Shown here in pieces: positions 1 through 8,361 of a stretch of 64,000 nucleotides of DNA (the stretch's first letter is position 1; each line of letters opens with the position of its first letter). The notes beneath the pieces are model-generated. The model saw only the letters and a list, made by a program, of their open reading frames with translations, ran no database searches and was not told the origin of the DNA. Origin of the DNA: Candidatus Falkowbacteria bacterium (GTDB taxonomy: Bacteria > Patescibacteriota > Patescibacteriia > Patescibacteriales > UBA12075); the NCBI GenBank assembly GCA_043801965.1, contig JAZDLN010000022.1:9989-73988 (forward strand), written 5' to 3'. The position numbers were made by a program, and so were the translations under genes.

Positions 1-65
1 CATAATTATTTATTAATCCATTACTTATTTATTTTAACAAAATTTAGGAAAATATAAAACTTTAA

Positions 66-96
66 ATAAAAAACAATCCCGAAGTTTCGGGATTGT
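66..96 (-). terminator. Intrinsic terminator downstream of pnp
   Basis: Hairpin acaatcccgaag/tttcgggattgt (73-96) followed on the minus strand by a T-run (plus-strand A-run 67-72), just 3' of the pnp stop. Confidence 0.7.
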
Positions 97-114
97 TTTA
101 TGTAAAATTATTTT

Positions 115-2391
115 TTATCTTCGAAAGCCTCCCCGTCCGCCGCTATCGCGCCTGTCGCGTCCATTCCGATTTCCGCCGAAGCCTCCTCTGTCCCTTCCGC
201 CGCCGAAGCCTCCTCCGGATTGTTCGCCTTTGCGGTTGAGCCAAAGCGGATCGTTTTCTGAAAGCCCGACCATAGTCAGATTCAAACGTCCTTGATCGTC
301 TATTTCTTCCACCTTAACGTAAACTTCGTCGCCGACCGCGAAAAAGTCAGACGGTTTTGAAACACGGTAAGGTGCAAGTTTTGAAACGTGAACCATGCCG
401 TCTCGTCCGGGAGCGATTTCCACGAATGCGCCGAAATCCAGCATACGGACAACCTTGCCTTTAAAAATTTCACCCGGCTCGAATTCACGAGTGATATCTT
501 CTACCATCTTCAGAGCCTTTTTACTGCTTTCTTCGTCGGTGGAGCAGATAAAGACCGTACCATCATCTTCAATATCTATTGAAACGCCGGTTTCGGCGAT
601 AATGCCGTTAATTACCTTGCCGCCGGCGCCAATCACGTCGCGGATCTTATCCGGATGTATATGGATAGTGATGATGCGCGGCGCGTAAGGCGATAATTCC
701 GGACGCGGAGCCTCGATCGCTCCGGCCATAATATTAAGTATTTCCTTTCGGGCGGTTCGGCCGCGATCCAGCGCTTCTTTTATTATTTCATCAGTGAGGC
801 CGTTTGTTTTTGTGTCGAGTTGAATAGCGGTAACCCCGTCCAATGTTCCAGTGATCTTAAAATCCATACCCCCTTTACCGTCTTCAAGATCCTGGATGTC
901 GGTTAATACTTCCCAGCGGCTCATGTCGTCGTTAGAGGCCAGACCAATCGCTATACCGGCCACCGCCTTCTTTATCGGCACGCCGGCGTCCATTAAAGCC
1001 AGGGACATGGCGCAGGTTGAGCCCATAGAAGATGAGCCATTAGAACCTAACGTTTCCGACACCACCCGGATCGTGTAAGGAAAATCATCTTTAGGGGGGA
1101 TAAGGGGTAAAAGCGCCTTTTCAGCCAGTGCCCCGTGGCCGATCTCTCTGCGGCCCGGTCCACGCATAGGCTTTGCTTCGCCGACGGAAAAAGGAGGGAA
1201 GTTATAATGATGCATGAATCTTTTCTCGCCCACACCCTCGATTCCTTCAAGAGATTGCGCCAACCCGGGAGCGCCCAAAGTCACGATCGACATAATCTGG
1301 GTCTCTCCCCGGGAAAAAAGACCGGCGCCATGGTTTCTGGGAAGTATCTCGACATCAGCCGAAAGGGGTCTGATTTCATCAAGTTTCCGTCCGTCCACCC
1401 GCCGCTTATTTTCGATAATTTCCCGGGTTATAGCCGCGTCTACGGCCGCTTCGACGGTTTTTTTGATGGCGTACTCGCGTTTATCGCGGCTGATATTCTG
1501 GTCGAATAAATATTCATCCAAGCCGTCCTTTATAGCCTGAACCGCTAATTTACGCTCACCTTTGGTATAATAAGTCTTATCGAAAAGAATTTTATTTATG
1601 TTACCCTCAAGCCATTTCTCGGCGGTTTTAATCAATACTTCTTTTTCTTTTTGGGATTCCGTTTCTTCGGGGCTGACCCTCTTTATTTTACCGTCGATTT
1701 TTTTTACCCCGACCTCGGAAACCATTTTTTTAATCAGGTCGATAGCGCCCAAAAGTTCTTTTTGACCGGCTATTATCGCCGCGTACATATCATCCTCTTT
1801 TATCTCATTTCCTCCAGCTTCGATCATGATAACCTTTTTTTCTGTTCCCGCCACGATCAGGTCAAGGTCGCTTTTTGTCCGTTCTTCATAGGTGGGGTTA
1901 AAGATCATGTTTCCTTCAACACGGCCGACCCTAATGCCGCCGATCGGTCCGGACCAGGCGACGCCGGAAAGAGAAAGAGCGGCCGAAGCGGCCACAAGAG
2001 AAACAATATCATAATCGTTTTCATGGTCGGTCGAGAGGACGGTAATAACCACCTGCACGTCTTTGCGGGAACCTTCGGGAAACAGGGGGCGGATCGAACG
2101 ATCGATCATCCGTCCCGTGAGAATAGCCTCATCGGTTGGTCGCCCCTCCCGCTTTATCCAGCGGGAACCTTTTATTATGCCGGCGGCGTAAAGACGTTCT
2201 TCGAAATCCACCATTAAGGGAAAAAAATCAATCCCTTCCCGCTCTTCTTTCGACTCGACGACGCTAGCTAAAACCACCGTATCCCCGTATTGTACGGTTA
2301 CGGCGGCGTTGGCCTGGCGGGCCAACCTTCCGGTTTTAAGAGTAAGTGTGCGGCCAAGCCACTCGGTTGAGAACACTTTTTCGTTGTTCAT
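115..2391 (-). CDS. pnp: Polyribonucleotide nucleotidyltransferase (PNPase) with a C-terminal RGG-rich tail
   Basis: 758-aa ORF with two RNase PH-like halves, KH and S1 regions (GEIFKGKVVRMLDFGAFVEI). The last ~40 aa are G/R/D low complexity. Confidence 0.95.
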   Translation of the reverse strand: MNNEKVFSTEWLGRTLTLKTGRLARQANAAVTVQYGDTVVLASVVESKEEREGIDFFPLMVDFEERLYAAGIIKGSRWIKREGRPTDEAILTGRMIDRSIRPLFPEGSRKDVQVVITVLSTDHENDYDIVSLVAASAALSLSGVAWSGPIGGIRVGRVEGNMIFNPTYEERTKSDLDLIVAGTEKKVIMIEAGGNEIKEDDMYAAIIAGQKELLGAIDLIKKMVSEVGVKKIDGKIKRVSPEETESQKEKEVLIKTAEKWLEGNINKILFDKTYYTKGERKLAVQAIKDGLDEYLFDQNISRDKREYAIKKTVEAAVDAAITREIIENKRRVDGRKLDEIRPLSADVEILPRNHGAGLFSRGETQIMSIVTLGAPGLAQSLEGIEGVGEKRFMHHYNFPPFSVGEAKPMRGPGRREIGHGALAEKALLPLIPPKDDFPYTIRVVSETLGSNGSSSMGSTCAMSLALMDAGVPIKKAVAGIAIGLASNDDMSRWEVLTDIQDLEDGKGGMDFKITGTLDGVTAIQLDTKTNGLTDEIIKEALDRGRTARKEILNIMAGAIEAPRPELSPYAPRIITIHIHPDKIRDVIGAGGKVINGIIAETGVSIDIEDDGTVFICSTDEESSKKALKMVEDITREFEPGEIFKGKVVRMLDFGAFVEIAPGRDGMVHVSKLAPYRVSKPSDFFAVGDEVYVKVEEIDDQGRLNLTMVGLSENDPLWLNRKGEQSGGGFGGGRDRGGFGGNRNGRDRRDSGGRGGFRR

Positions 2392-2576
2392 GTTTTTTGT
2401 CTCGCGATCTCAATAATATACGCCCGGAAACACGTTGAATCGCCGCGAACGGAATTCAAATAAGTTATGTTTCGGATAACATAGGAATATTGGATCACAA
2501 TAGACTTGGCCACCAGATTAAAGGACTGGTGAATCACCACGCAGTACTATCTATCCGATGACCAAGTTTTTATTAT

Positions 2577-3080
2577 TTAACTCGTTTTTAAAAGGAATCT
2601 TTTATCCTCGCTTAAATTCAGAAAATCATCCGACTCTTCTATTAATCGCGATGAGGCGGTTTGCTTAAAGGCGGCTATTTCCACCAGGCAGCCCATAGTA
2701 TTTTGAAGATAACTTACCAAGGGAACATAATCGCCGTCGCCGGAAACAATCACTATCACGTCTAATTTTTTTCCAAGCTTGATCGCGTCCATGGCGATGC
2801 CAACGTCCCAATCGGCCTTTTTAGCTCCGCCAGCGAAGATCTGCAGTTCTTTCATTTTTACTTCGAATCCCTGCTGGCTTAACGCCTCGAAAAATGAAGT
2901 TTCTTCCTCTGACTCGGTTTTTATGACATAAGCGGTCGCCCGGATCAGTTTTCGCCCGGCAACCACCGACCTTAAAACCTCCTTATAATTAACTCGGGAT
3001 TTATATAAATTTTTAGCCGAGTGATACATATTGGATACGTCAACCAATATACCAACTCGTTGGTCTTTGTGTTTTATCAT
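2577..3080 (-). CDS. NYN-domain (LabA-like) protein, putative ribonuclease
   Basis: 167 aa. RVGILVDVSNMYH ... IVIVSGDGDYVPLV matches the NYN/LabA acidic-residue pattern. Lies between rpsO and pnp. Confidence 0.75.
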   Translation of the reverse strand: MIKHKDQRVGILVDVSNMYHSAKNLYKSRVNYKEVLRSVVAGRKLIRATAYVIKTESEEETSFFEALSQQGFEVKMKELQIFAGGAKKADWDVGIAMDAIKLGKKLDVIVIVSGDGDYVPLVSYLQNTMGCLVEIAAFKQTASSRLIEESDDFLNLSEDKRFLLKTS

Positions 3081-3144
3081 ACTTGAATATCAGTGAACTT
3101 TGGAACGCCAAGTAAGGGGTATCCAGAATCGCACGTTAATTGGT

Positions 3145-3531
3145 TTATTCTTTTTCAGAAGCGGTTTCTTCCGCGATTTCCTCTTCTTCTACTTTAATCT
3201 CGTCTTTGGCCATTAATTCCTGCTCCAACCTTAATCTTTCATCTTCTTCTTCAATAAGTTTTTTGGCTATTTTTAATTTTAACCGTTTAGCGAGATCGGC
3301 AAATGATTTTTCATCCTCCTTTTGGAGATATTTTAAGAGTTTTCTCCTCTCGCCGACCTTTTTTAAAAGACCGCGGCGGGAAGAATGGTCGTGTTTATGT
3401 TTTTTAAGGTGTTCGGATAATTCTTTGATCTCCTCGGTAAGGATAGCGATCTGCACCTGGGTTGAACCGGTGTCGTTATCATGCACCTTGAACTTGCTGA
3501 TGATCTTTTGCTTGATTTTTTTGTCTAACAT
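3145..3531 (-). CDS. rpsO: 30S ribosomal protein S15 with a ~40-aa acidic C-terminal extension
   Basis: Start chosen at MLDKKIKQK (internal Met of the track ORF). TGSTQVQIA...HLKKHKHDHSSRRGLL is the S15 signature. Tail is AKKLIEEEDERLRLEQEL...EKE. Confidence 0.9.
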   Translation of the reverse strand: MLDKKIKQKIISKFKVHDNDTGSTQVQIAILTEEIKELSEHLKKHKHDHSSRRGLLKKVGERRKLLKYLQKEDEKSFADLAKRLKLKIAKKLIEEEDERLRLEQELMAKDEIKVEEEEIAEETASEKE

Positions 3532-3668
3532 TGGTTTTTTCCTTATCCGAGAAATGGAAAAAATCATTAATCCCAAGAACCAAGATAAGGTAAATTTAGA
3601 ATAATTTCTTAATAATATTATTTACCCTTAAGATTAGCATATAGTTAAAAAAAAAGCAAGCATAACTC

Positions 3669-3697
3669 TTTGACAAAACCGTTCATTTTTGCTAAGG
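3669..3697 (+). promoter_or_regulatory. Sigma-70-like promoter candidate
   Basis: TTGACA (3669-3674), 17-nt spacer, TAAGGT (3692-3697), ~65 nt upstream of the 3761 ATG. Confidence 0.4.
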
Positions 3698-3760
3698 TAA
3701 AGTCAGTTTAAAGAACTTTAACAACGCGCGATTAATTTAATAACAAACGGCGAGGTTAAG

Positions 3761-4984
3761 ATGGAAACCAAAAGACACTTGTTAAAAAGGGAATCTTTAA
3801 TAGTTCATGGTCCGCATTTTGGAAAACGGGAAAACGGGCCGCTGGTTCATCCGATCTACGCGAGCGCCCCTTTTCAATTTAAAACCGCCCAGGAGATATC
3901 CGATGTGATGAGCGGAAAAACTGAAAATAGCTGTGTATATACTCGTTGCGGCGGGAATCCGAATATTACCGACCTCGAAGAAAGGCTGGCACTGCTCGAA
4001 AACGGGGCGGGAGCCATTGCCGCGTCTTCAGGTATGGCGGCGATCGCGGCCACGGTCATGACGTTCCTCCGGCCAGGCGATAATTTCGTGGCCTGTGCCA
4101 CGGCTTACGGCGGAACACACGCCTTGTTTAGTAATGACCTGAAAAAATATTTCATGAACGCGAAGTTTGTCGCCAGGAAAGATTACGGCAATTCCGCGGT
4201 CATCGAAAATATGATCGACCACGAAACCAGGTTTCTTTACGCGGAAACCGTCACGAACCCGGTATTGGACGTTATTGATATTTCTTTGTGGGCTGAAATC
4301 GCCAACAAACACAAAATTCCGTTGATCACGGATAACACTTTCGCGACGCCGTATTTATTGAGGCCGCTTGATCTGGGCGCTGACATCGTGGTCCACTCGG
4401 CCACTAAGTATATAAACGGCCATGGAGACGTGACCGCCGGCGCGATCGTGTGCAAGAATATTTCCGATCTGCGAAAGATCAGGAATGAATACATGAATCA
4501 CTTTGGTCCGATGCTAAGTCCACGGGACGCCCACGAAATAGTGCGCGGACTAAAATCCCTTCATCTGCGCATGGAGTGGTTCTGTAAAAGCGCCAAAGAA
4601 ATCGCCGGGTGGCTGCAGAAACAGGAAATGGTAAACCGGGTATATTATCCCGGCCTGCCCAGCCACCCAGGTTATCACACCGCCCTTAAACAGATGGGCG
4701 GAAAATTCGGCGGTATGGTGTCTTTCGAGCTTGAAGGAGGGCGAGAAAAGGCCTGGAGATTTATAGACAACGCGACCGCTTTCATTAATTCGGTCAGCTT
4801 GGGCGACCTTGAATCCCTGATCACCCACCCCTGGTCCACCACCCACGCCTCCTATAAAGACGATGACAAACTTGAAGCGGGTATTACCCCTGGTTTTATC
4901 CGCCTGTCTGTCGGCGCCGAACATCCGGACGATCTAATCGCTAATCTGGAAGAGGCTTTGAAAAAAACCTACTTCCGTCTTTAA
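3761..4984 (+). CDS. PLP-dependent Cys/Met-metabolism enzyme (O-acetylhomoserine sulfhydrylase / methionine gamma-lyase family)
   Basis: 407 aa. [11 protein letters not shown] contains the PLP-lysine motif of the transsulfuration family. GAGG SD precedes the ATG. Confidence 0.85.
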   Translation: METKRHLLKRESLIVHGPHFGKRENGPLVHPIYASAPFQFKTAQEISDVMSGKTENSCVYTRCGGNPNITDLEERLALLENGAGAIAASSGMAAIAATVMTFLRPGDNFVACATAYGGTHALFSNDLKKYFMNAKFVARKDYGNSAVIENMIDHETRFLYAETVTNPVLDVIDISLWAEIANKHKIPLITDNTFATPYLLRPLDLGADIVVHSATKYINGHGDVTAGAIVCKNISDLRKIRNEYMNHFGPMLSPRDAHEIVRGLKSLHLRMEWFCKSAKEIAGWLQKQEMVNRVYYPGLPSHPGYHTALKQMGGKFGGMVSFELEGGREKAWRFIDNATAFINSVSLGDLESLITHPWSTTHASYKDDDKLEAGITPGFIRLSVGAEHPDDLIANLEEALKKTYFRL

Positions 4985-4990
4985 AAAAAT

Positions 4991-5018
4991 ATCGCCTCCA
5001 AGTCGAGGCGATTTTATT
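4991..5018 (+). terminator. Intrinsic terminator
   Basis: atcgcctc-caagt-cgaggcgat hairpin followed by a T-run, directly after the stop. Confidence 0.7.
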
Positions 5019-5101
5019 ATTTTAGAATTCGCGGTATTTATAGACAACAAACGAAAGAATTGGTAAAATTAAGACATATTAATTATTAAGCAAAGAAGAA
5101 T

Positions 5102-6175
5102 ATGAACCTAGACGATATTAAAATCTTTAAAAAACTGGACACCGGCCGGGTCAGCGAGGCGATGGAGGCCTTACCGGATCAGATGCGGCAGGTTTTAGAC
5201 GAGGCGCGGCTCATAAAAGTGCCCGCGGAATATAGTAAAGCAACCCAGGTAGTATTAAACGGCATGGGCGGATCCAATATCGGCGCGCATATCCTGCGTT
5301 CGGCCTTTGCCGACAAGATTAAGGTGCCGATCACGATCACTCCCGGATACAGCGTACCGGCCCACGTAAACGAGAATACTCTATATATCCTGTCCTCATA
5401 TTCCGGCACCACCGAGGAACCTTTAACCGTTTACCACGAAGTGAAAAAACGCCGCGCGAAAATCATGGCGATAAGCTCGGATGATCCGAAAAGCAAGCTA
5501 GTGAAACTGATGATGAAAGACGATATTCCTGGTTATATTTTTAAGCCGCAATTCAACCCGTCTCTCCAGCCGCGTCTCGGGCTCGGATATTCTATCTTCG
5601 GGATCGCCAGCATGATCGCCAAAGCCGGACTGTTTAAAATAAACGTGCGCGAGATCGAGGATATTATCGCTTCTTTGGAAATATGGACCCGGCGCCTGCG
5701 GCCGGAAGCGCCGACCCGGGTAAACGCCGCGAAACAGATCGCGCAAAAAATATTCGGGCGCGTACCGGTTTTGGTCGCGGCCGAACACCTAACCGGCAAT
5801 ACGCACGCGATGCGCAACCAGATAAACGAGTGCTCAAAATCGTTCGCTTCTTTTTTAGAGCTCCCCGATCTTAACCATTACACCATGGAAGGCCTCGTTA
5901 ATCCGGCCAGCAACCGGAAAAACCTGGCGTTCTTGTTTTTTGATTCCGCTTTTTATCATCCGCGGACCCAGAGGCGGAGCGGGCTAACCAAGCAGGTGGT
6001 TAAAAAAAATAAGGTCGCCGTTATATCTTATGAAATGAAGGGCGATAAGAAATTATTGCAGAATTTTGAACTTCTGCAGTTGGGGGCCTGGGTAAGCTAT
6101 TATCTAGGTATCGCCTATAAGGTTAATCCGGCTACCATCCCTTATGTAGACTGGTTCAAGAAGATGCTTAAATAG
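5102..6175 (+). CDS. SIS-domain sugar isomerase, bifunctional phosphoglucose/phosphomannose isomerase-like
   Basis: 357 aa. GMGGSNIG ... SYSGTTEE pattern typical of SIS/PGI-PMI proteins. Family call is from memory. Confidence 0.6.
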   Translation: MNLDDIKIFKKLDTGRVSEAMEALPDQMRQVLDEARLIKVPAEYSKATQVVLNGMGGSNIGAHILRSAFADKIKVPITITPGYSVPAHVNENTLYILSSYSGTTEEPLTVYHEVKKRRAKIMAISSDDPKSKLVKLMMKDDIPGYIFKPQFNPSLQPRLGLGYSIFGIASMIAKAGLFKINVREIEDIIASLEIWTRRLRPEAPTRVNAAKQIAQKIFGRVPVLVAAEHLTGNTHAMRNQINECSKSFASFLELPDLNHYTMEGLVNPASNRKNLAFLFFDSAFYHPRTQRRSGLTKQVVKKNKVAVISYEMKGDKKLLQNFELLQLGAWVSYYLGIAYKVNPATIPYVDWFKKMLK

Positions 6176-6202
6176 TGAATATAAATTTCTATAATAAAAA
6201 GA

Positions 6203-6236
6203 CGGACCGGGTTTTATAACCCGGTCCGGTTTTTTA
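6203..6236 (+). terminator. Intrinsic terminator
   Basis: cggaccggg-ttttata-acccggtccg hairpin plus T6. Confidence 0.75.
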
Positions 6237-6238
6237 AA

Positions 6239-6266
6239 TTGACTTTTTTATCAACCGTGCTAAAGT
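6239..6266 (+). promoter_or_regulatory. Sigma-70-like promoter candidate
   Basis: TTGACT (6239-6244), 16-nt spacer, TAAAGT (6261-6266). Confidence 0.4.
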
Positions 6267-6327
6267 AATAGCATTGAAAAAAACATAAAATATACTTTAT
6301 TTGCACATTTAAAAATGAGGCAGCGCG

Positions 6328-6783
6328 ATGGATTATGAACCGGCTAAAAAGAAAATAATCGCCCATTTAAAAAAATTCTCCGAAATTAATTATCCTGTTT
6401 TAAGAAAGGAGCTTAAAGTCGATCCGAGAACCCTTAAATTATATATTTTACGGATGATCAAGGAAGGGATTATTCTTTGTTTTATCGGCGGCCCGGTAAT
6501 GATCTGTAGATTAAATGAAGCCCATCCGCAAAGAATGGAGGAAGAAATGGATTACGAAATCGTAAAAAAACTGATCGTCGATGAATTGACAAAAAAACTT
6601 AAAACCAAAAGCAAATTTTATTTTAATGACCTGGCTAAGATACTTCAGGAAAATAACCCGAACATAAAAATGCGTGATGCGAAAAAAATCGTCAATAAGA
6701 TGGTGGCCGAAGGCATACTGGAATACTGGTCGAGCGGATCGACCACTATGTACGGCCTGGCCGGACAAGGCAAACAACAATAA
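6328..6783 (+). CDS. Tandem winged-helix protein; the C-terminal half is DsrD-like
   Basis: 151 aa. Two halves both start MDYE. The second half carries KSKFYFNDL...ILEYWSSGSTTMYGLAGQGKQ, which matches my memory of the DsrD signature. Confidence 0.6.
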   Translation: MDYEPAKKKIIAHLKKFSEINYPVLRKELKVDPRTLKLYILRMIKEGIILCFIGGPVMICRLNEAHPQRMEEEMDYEIVKKLIVDELTKKLKTKSKFYFNDLAKILQENNPNIKMRDAKKIVNKMVAEGILEYWSSGSTTMYGLAGQGKQQ

Positions 6784-6802
6784 AAAATAAAACCCACAGG
6801 AA

Positions 6803-6831
6803 ACCGCCAAAAAATACGGCGGTTTTTTTTC
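6803..6831 (+). terminator. Intrinsic terminator
   Basis: accgcc-N9-ggcggt hairpin followed by T8. Confidence 0.7.
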
Positions 6832-6836
6832 TTTAC

Positions 6837-6878
6837 GTAGAGACGCGATTAATCGCGTCTCTACATCGCGTCTTTACG
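6837..6878. repeat. GTAGAGACGC-family perfect palindrome plus an extra partial arm
   Basis: gtagagacgcgattaatcgcgtctctac (28 nt, perfect) followed by atcgcgtctttac, a third degenerate arm. Confidence 0.85.
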
Positions 6879-6928
6879 ATAAAAAATTAAATATTTATTT
6901 AAAATTGGCTAAAAAATGATTAAAGTAC

Positions 6929-6957
6929 TTGACTTTTTTATAGAATTATGCTATATT
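6929..6957 (+). promoter_or_regulatory. Sigma-70-like promoter candidate
   Basis: TTGACT (6929-6934), 17-nt spacer, TATATT (6952-6957). Confidence 0.5.
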
Positions 6958-7018
6958 AAAACAATACGATTTTGTACAAATAAAACCCAATAACCCAAAA
7001 CATAGAAAGAGGTGGTTT

Positions 7019-7843
7019 ATGACTGAAAAAGGACGTTATCTGCGTAAGCCCAATGTTCGGCCCGCGAGAGTGAAGTTTCCATGGGAAAAAGACGTGATAG
7101 AGGAGAAAGATTTCCGCGGCACCATCGGGGAAGAGGATGACTGCGGCTGCCGGTCCGGCTGCCACTTCGGTTACTACACCGGAGTTGTTCCGGAGCACAT
7201 GGCTCTGGGTAGCGTCGACAACTGGCCGGAAGAATGCCTTGATTCCGACGGTCGTCCCTACGGCTCGCCTTCGGAATATCGGGGGCCGTGGGTTCCGTTG
7301 GAGGAGCGGGTTGGTAGTTGCGGGGACGATGATGATTGGGATGATATTTATCCCACCGCCACCGACTACACCGCCAAGGAGCTCGGGCCCGACTGTATCC
7401 GCGAGGCCGCCCGCGAGCTTCTCTTGACTATCGGGTATGATCCTAAGCGTTTCGGCGAACCGGAAAAAGCGCGGCTAATGATACTCGCCGCCAAGGTATA
7501 TGTCGAGAAGTCGCTTGACCGTCGCACCAGCGGCTTTGATGCCCTTATCGCCCTTTATCATCAGACGGCCGACGATGACGGCACTGTTTTCCTACACTCC
7601 TTTATTCCGGCGCTTTGCCGCGGAATCCGGGACTGGATGGAAAGTCAGAAAGGGAAAAAAATTCCCCCTAAGGTTTCTGTTCAGGCTGAGCGCTTTCTAC
7701 TGTACCAAGCCAAGGCCGAGGAAGTGCGCGGCGACCCAGTAGACTTGATTCTTTTGGGACGCGCGATTTACGGCGATCGGGAATTTTACGATCTCCTCCG
7801 GCGCGTAAAAACTCCGGCCAAAAAACGGCTGGTTGCCGCCTAG
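7019..7843 (+). CDS. Hypothetical protein, compositionally GC-rich orphan
   Basis: 274-aa ORF with AGAGGTGG SD. Visibly richer in GC3 codons than its neighbours. Several long shadow ORFs in other frames are typical of a GC-rich insert. No motif recognised. Confidence 0.6.
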   Translation: MTEKGRYLRKPNVRPARVKFPWEKDVIEEKDFRGTIGEEDDCGCRSGCHFGYYTGVVPEHMALGSVDNWPEECLDSDGRPYGSPSEYRGPWVPLEERVGSCGDDDDWDDIYPTATDYTAKELGPDCIREAARELLLTIGYDPKRFGEPEKARLMILAAKVYVEKSLDRRTSGFDALIALYHQTADDDGTVFLHSFIPALCRGIRDWMESQKGKKIPPKVSVQAERFLLYQAKAEEVRGDPVDLILLGRAIYGDREFYDLLRRVKTPAKKRLVAA

Positions 7844-7930
7844 CCAATATCAACAATTTTCCCCCGCTTGTGAGAAAGCACAAAAAATCGTGCTGGCTCA
7901 TGAGTGGGGTGTTTTTTTACCCTTATCCAG

Positions 7931-8009
7931 TCCGCCTATTAGCGGATCACTTAATTGCCCTCACCCGGTCCGCCGGTTGGCGGACCACCCTCTCCGATTC
8001 CGGAGAGGG
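7931..8009. repeat. Cluster of three GC-rich hairpins
   Basis: tccgc-ctatta-gcgga (7931-7946), ggtccgcc-ggtt-ggcggacc (7967-7986) and ccctctccg-attc-cggagaggg (7988-8009). None has a T-run. Confidence 0.7.
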
Positions 8010-8037
8010 GCTTGTATGATGGTAATATTTTTTAATC

Positions 8038-8066
8038 TTGACTTTTTTTTAATTTTGGTTTATAGT
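8038..8066 (+). promoter_or_regulatory. Promoter candidate for tRNA-Glu
   Basis: TTGACT (8038-8043), 17-nt spacer, TATAGT (8061-8066), 38 nt before the tRNA 5' end. Confidence 0.5.
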
Positions 8067-8104
8067 AATCTTAGTCCTGTTTTAAGGGCTTATTTTTAAA
8101 TCAC

Positions 8105-8176
8105 GGCGCCATCGTCTAGTGGTTAGGACATGAGGTTTTCATCCTCACAACCGGGGTTCTATTCCCCGTGGCGTCA
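8105..8176 (+). tRNA. tRNA-Glu (anticodon TTC)
   Basis: Hand-folded cloverleaf: acceptor ggcgcca/tggcgtc, anticodon arm tgagg-ttTTCat-cctca, T arm cgggg-ttctatt-ccccg. 72 nt, no encoded CCA. Confidence 0.9.
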
Positions 8177-8255
8177 CAATAAACAAAAAGCGGCCGTGGC
8201 CGTTTTTTGTTTCTTATTTACAAAATAACAAATGAATGCTATTTTTTTAATTACT

Positions 8256-8306
8256 ATGATTATATTAGGAATAGAGACCCCGTAGAAACGCTTCGCGTTC
8301 ACGGGG
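8256..8306 (+). other. Displaced copy of the tsaD 5' end followed by a GC hairpin
   Basis: atgattatattaggaatagagac (8256-8278) matches the tsaD start atgttaatactgggaatagagac (8362-8384) at 19/23 nt. It encodes MIILGIETP-stop versus MLILGIETSC. Hairpin ccccgt...acgggg at 8278-8306. Confidence 0.6.
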
Positions 8307-8361
8307 CGAGACTCAAATTTTTTTTGTTTAGTGTTTATATTTAAGTCTATATTTTAAGACC

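Noticed and set aside
7833-8099. An 88-aa ORF between the GC-rich gene and tRNA-Glu.
   Set aside because: It is composed of the three GC hairpins plus the tRNA-Glu promoter region, with no SD and an implausible composition.
7931-8104. A hairpin-substituted partial copy of tRNA-Glu upstream of the gene, as at the other tRNAs.
   Set aside because: Only a weak resemblance was seen (cctcac-ccgg versus cctcacaaccgg next to a TCC...GGA hairpin), which is too short to claim. The hairpins themselves are reported, but not a pseudo-tRNA.
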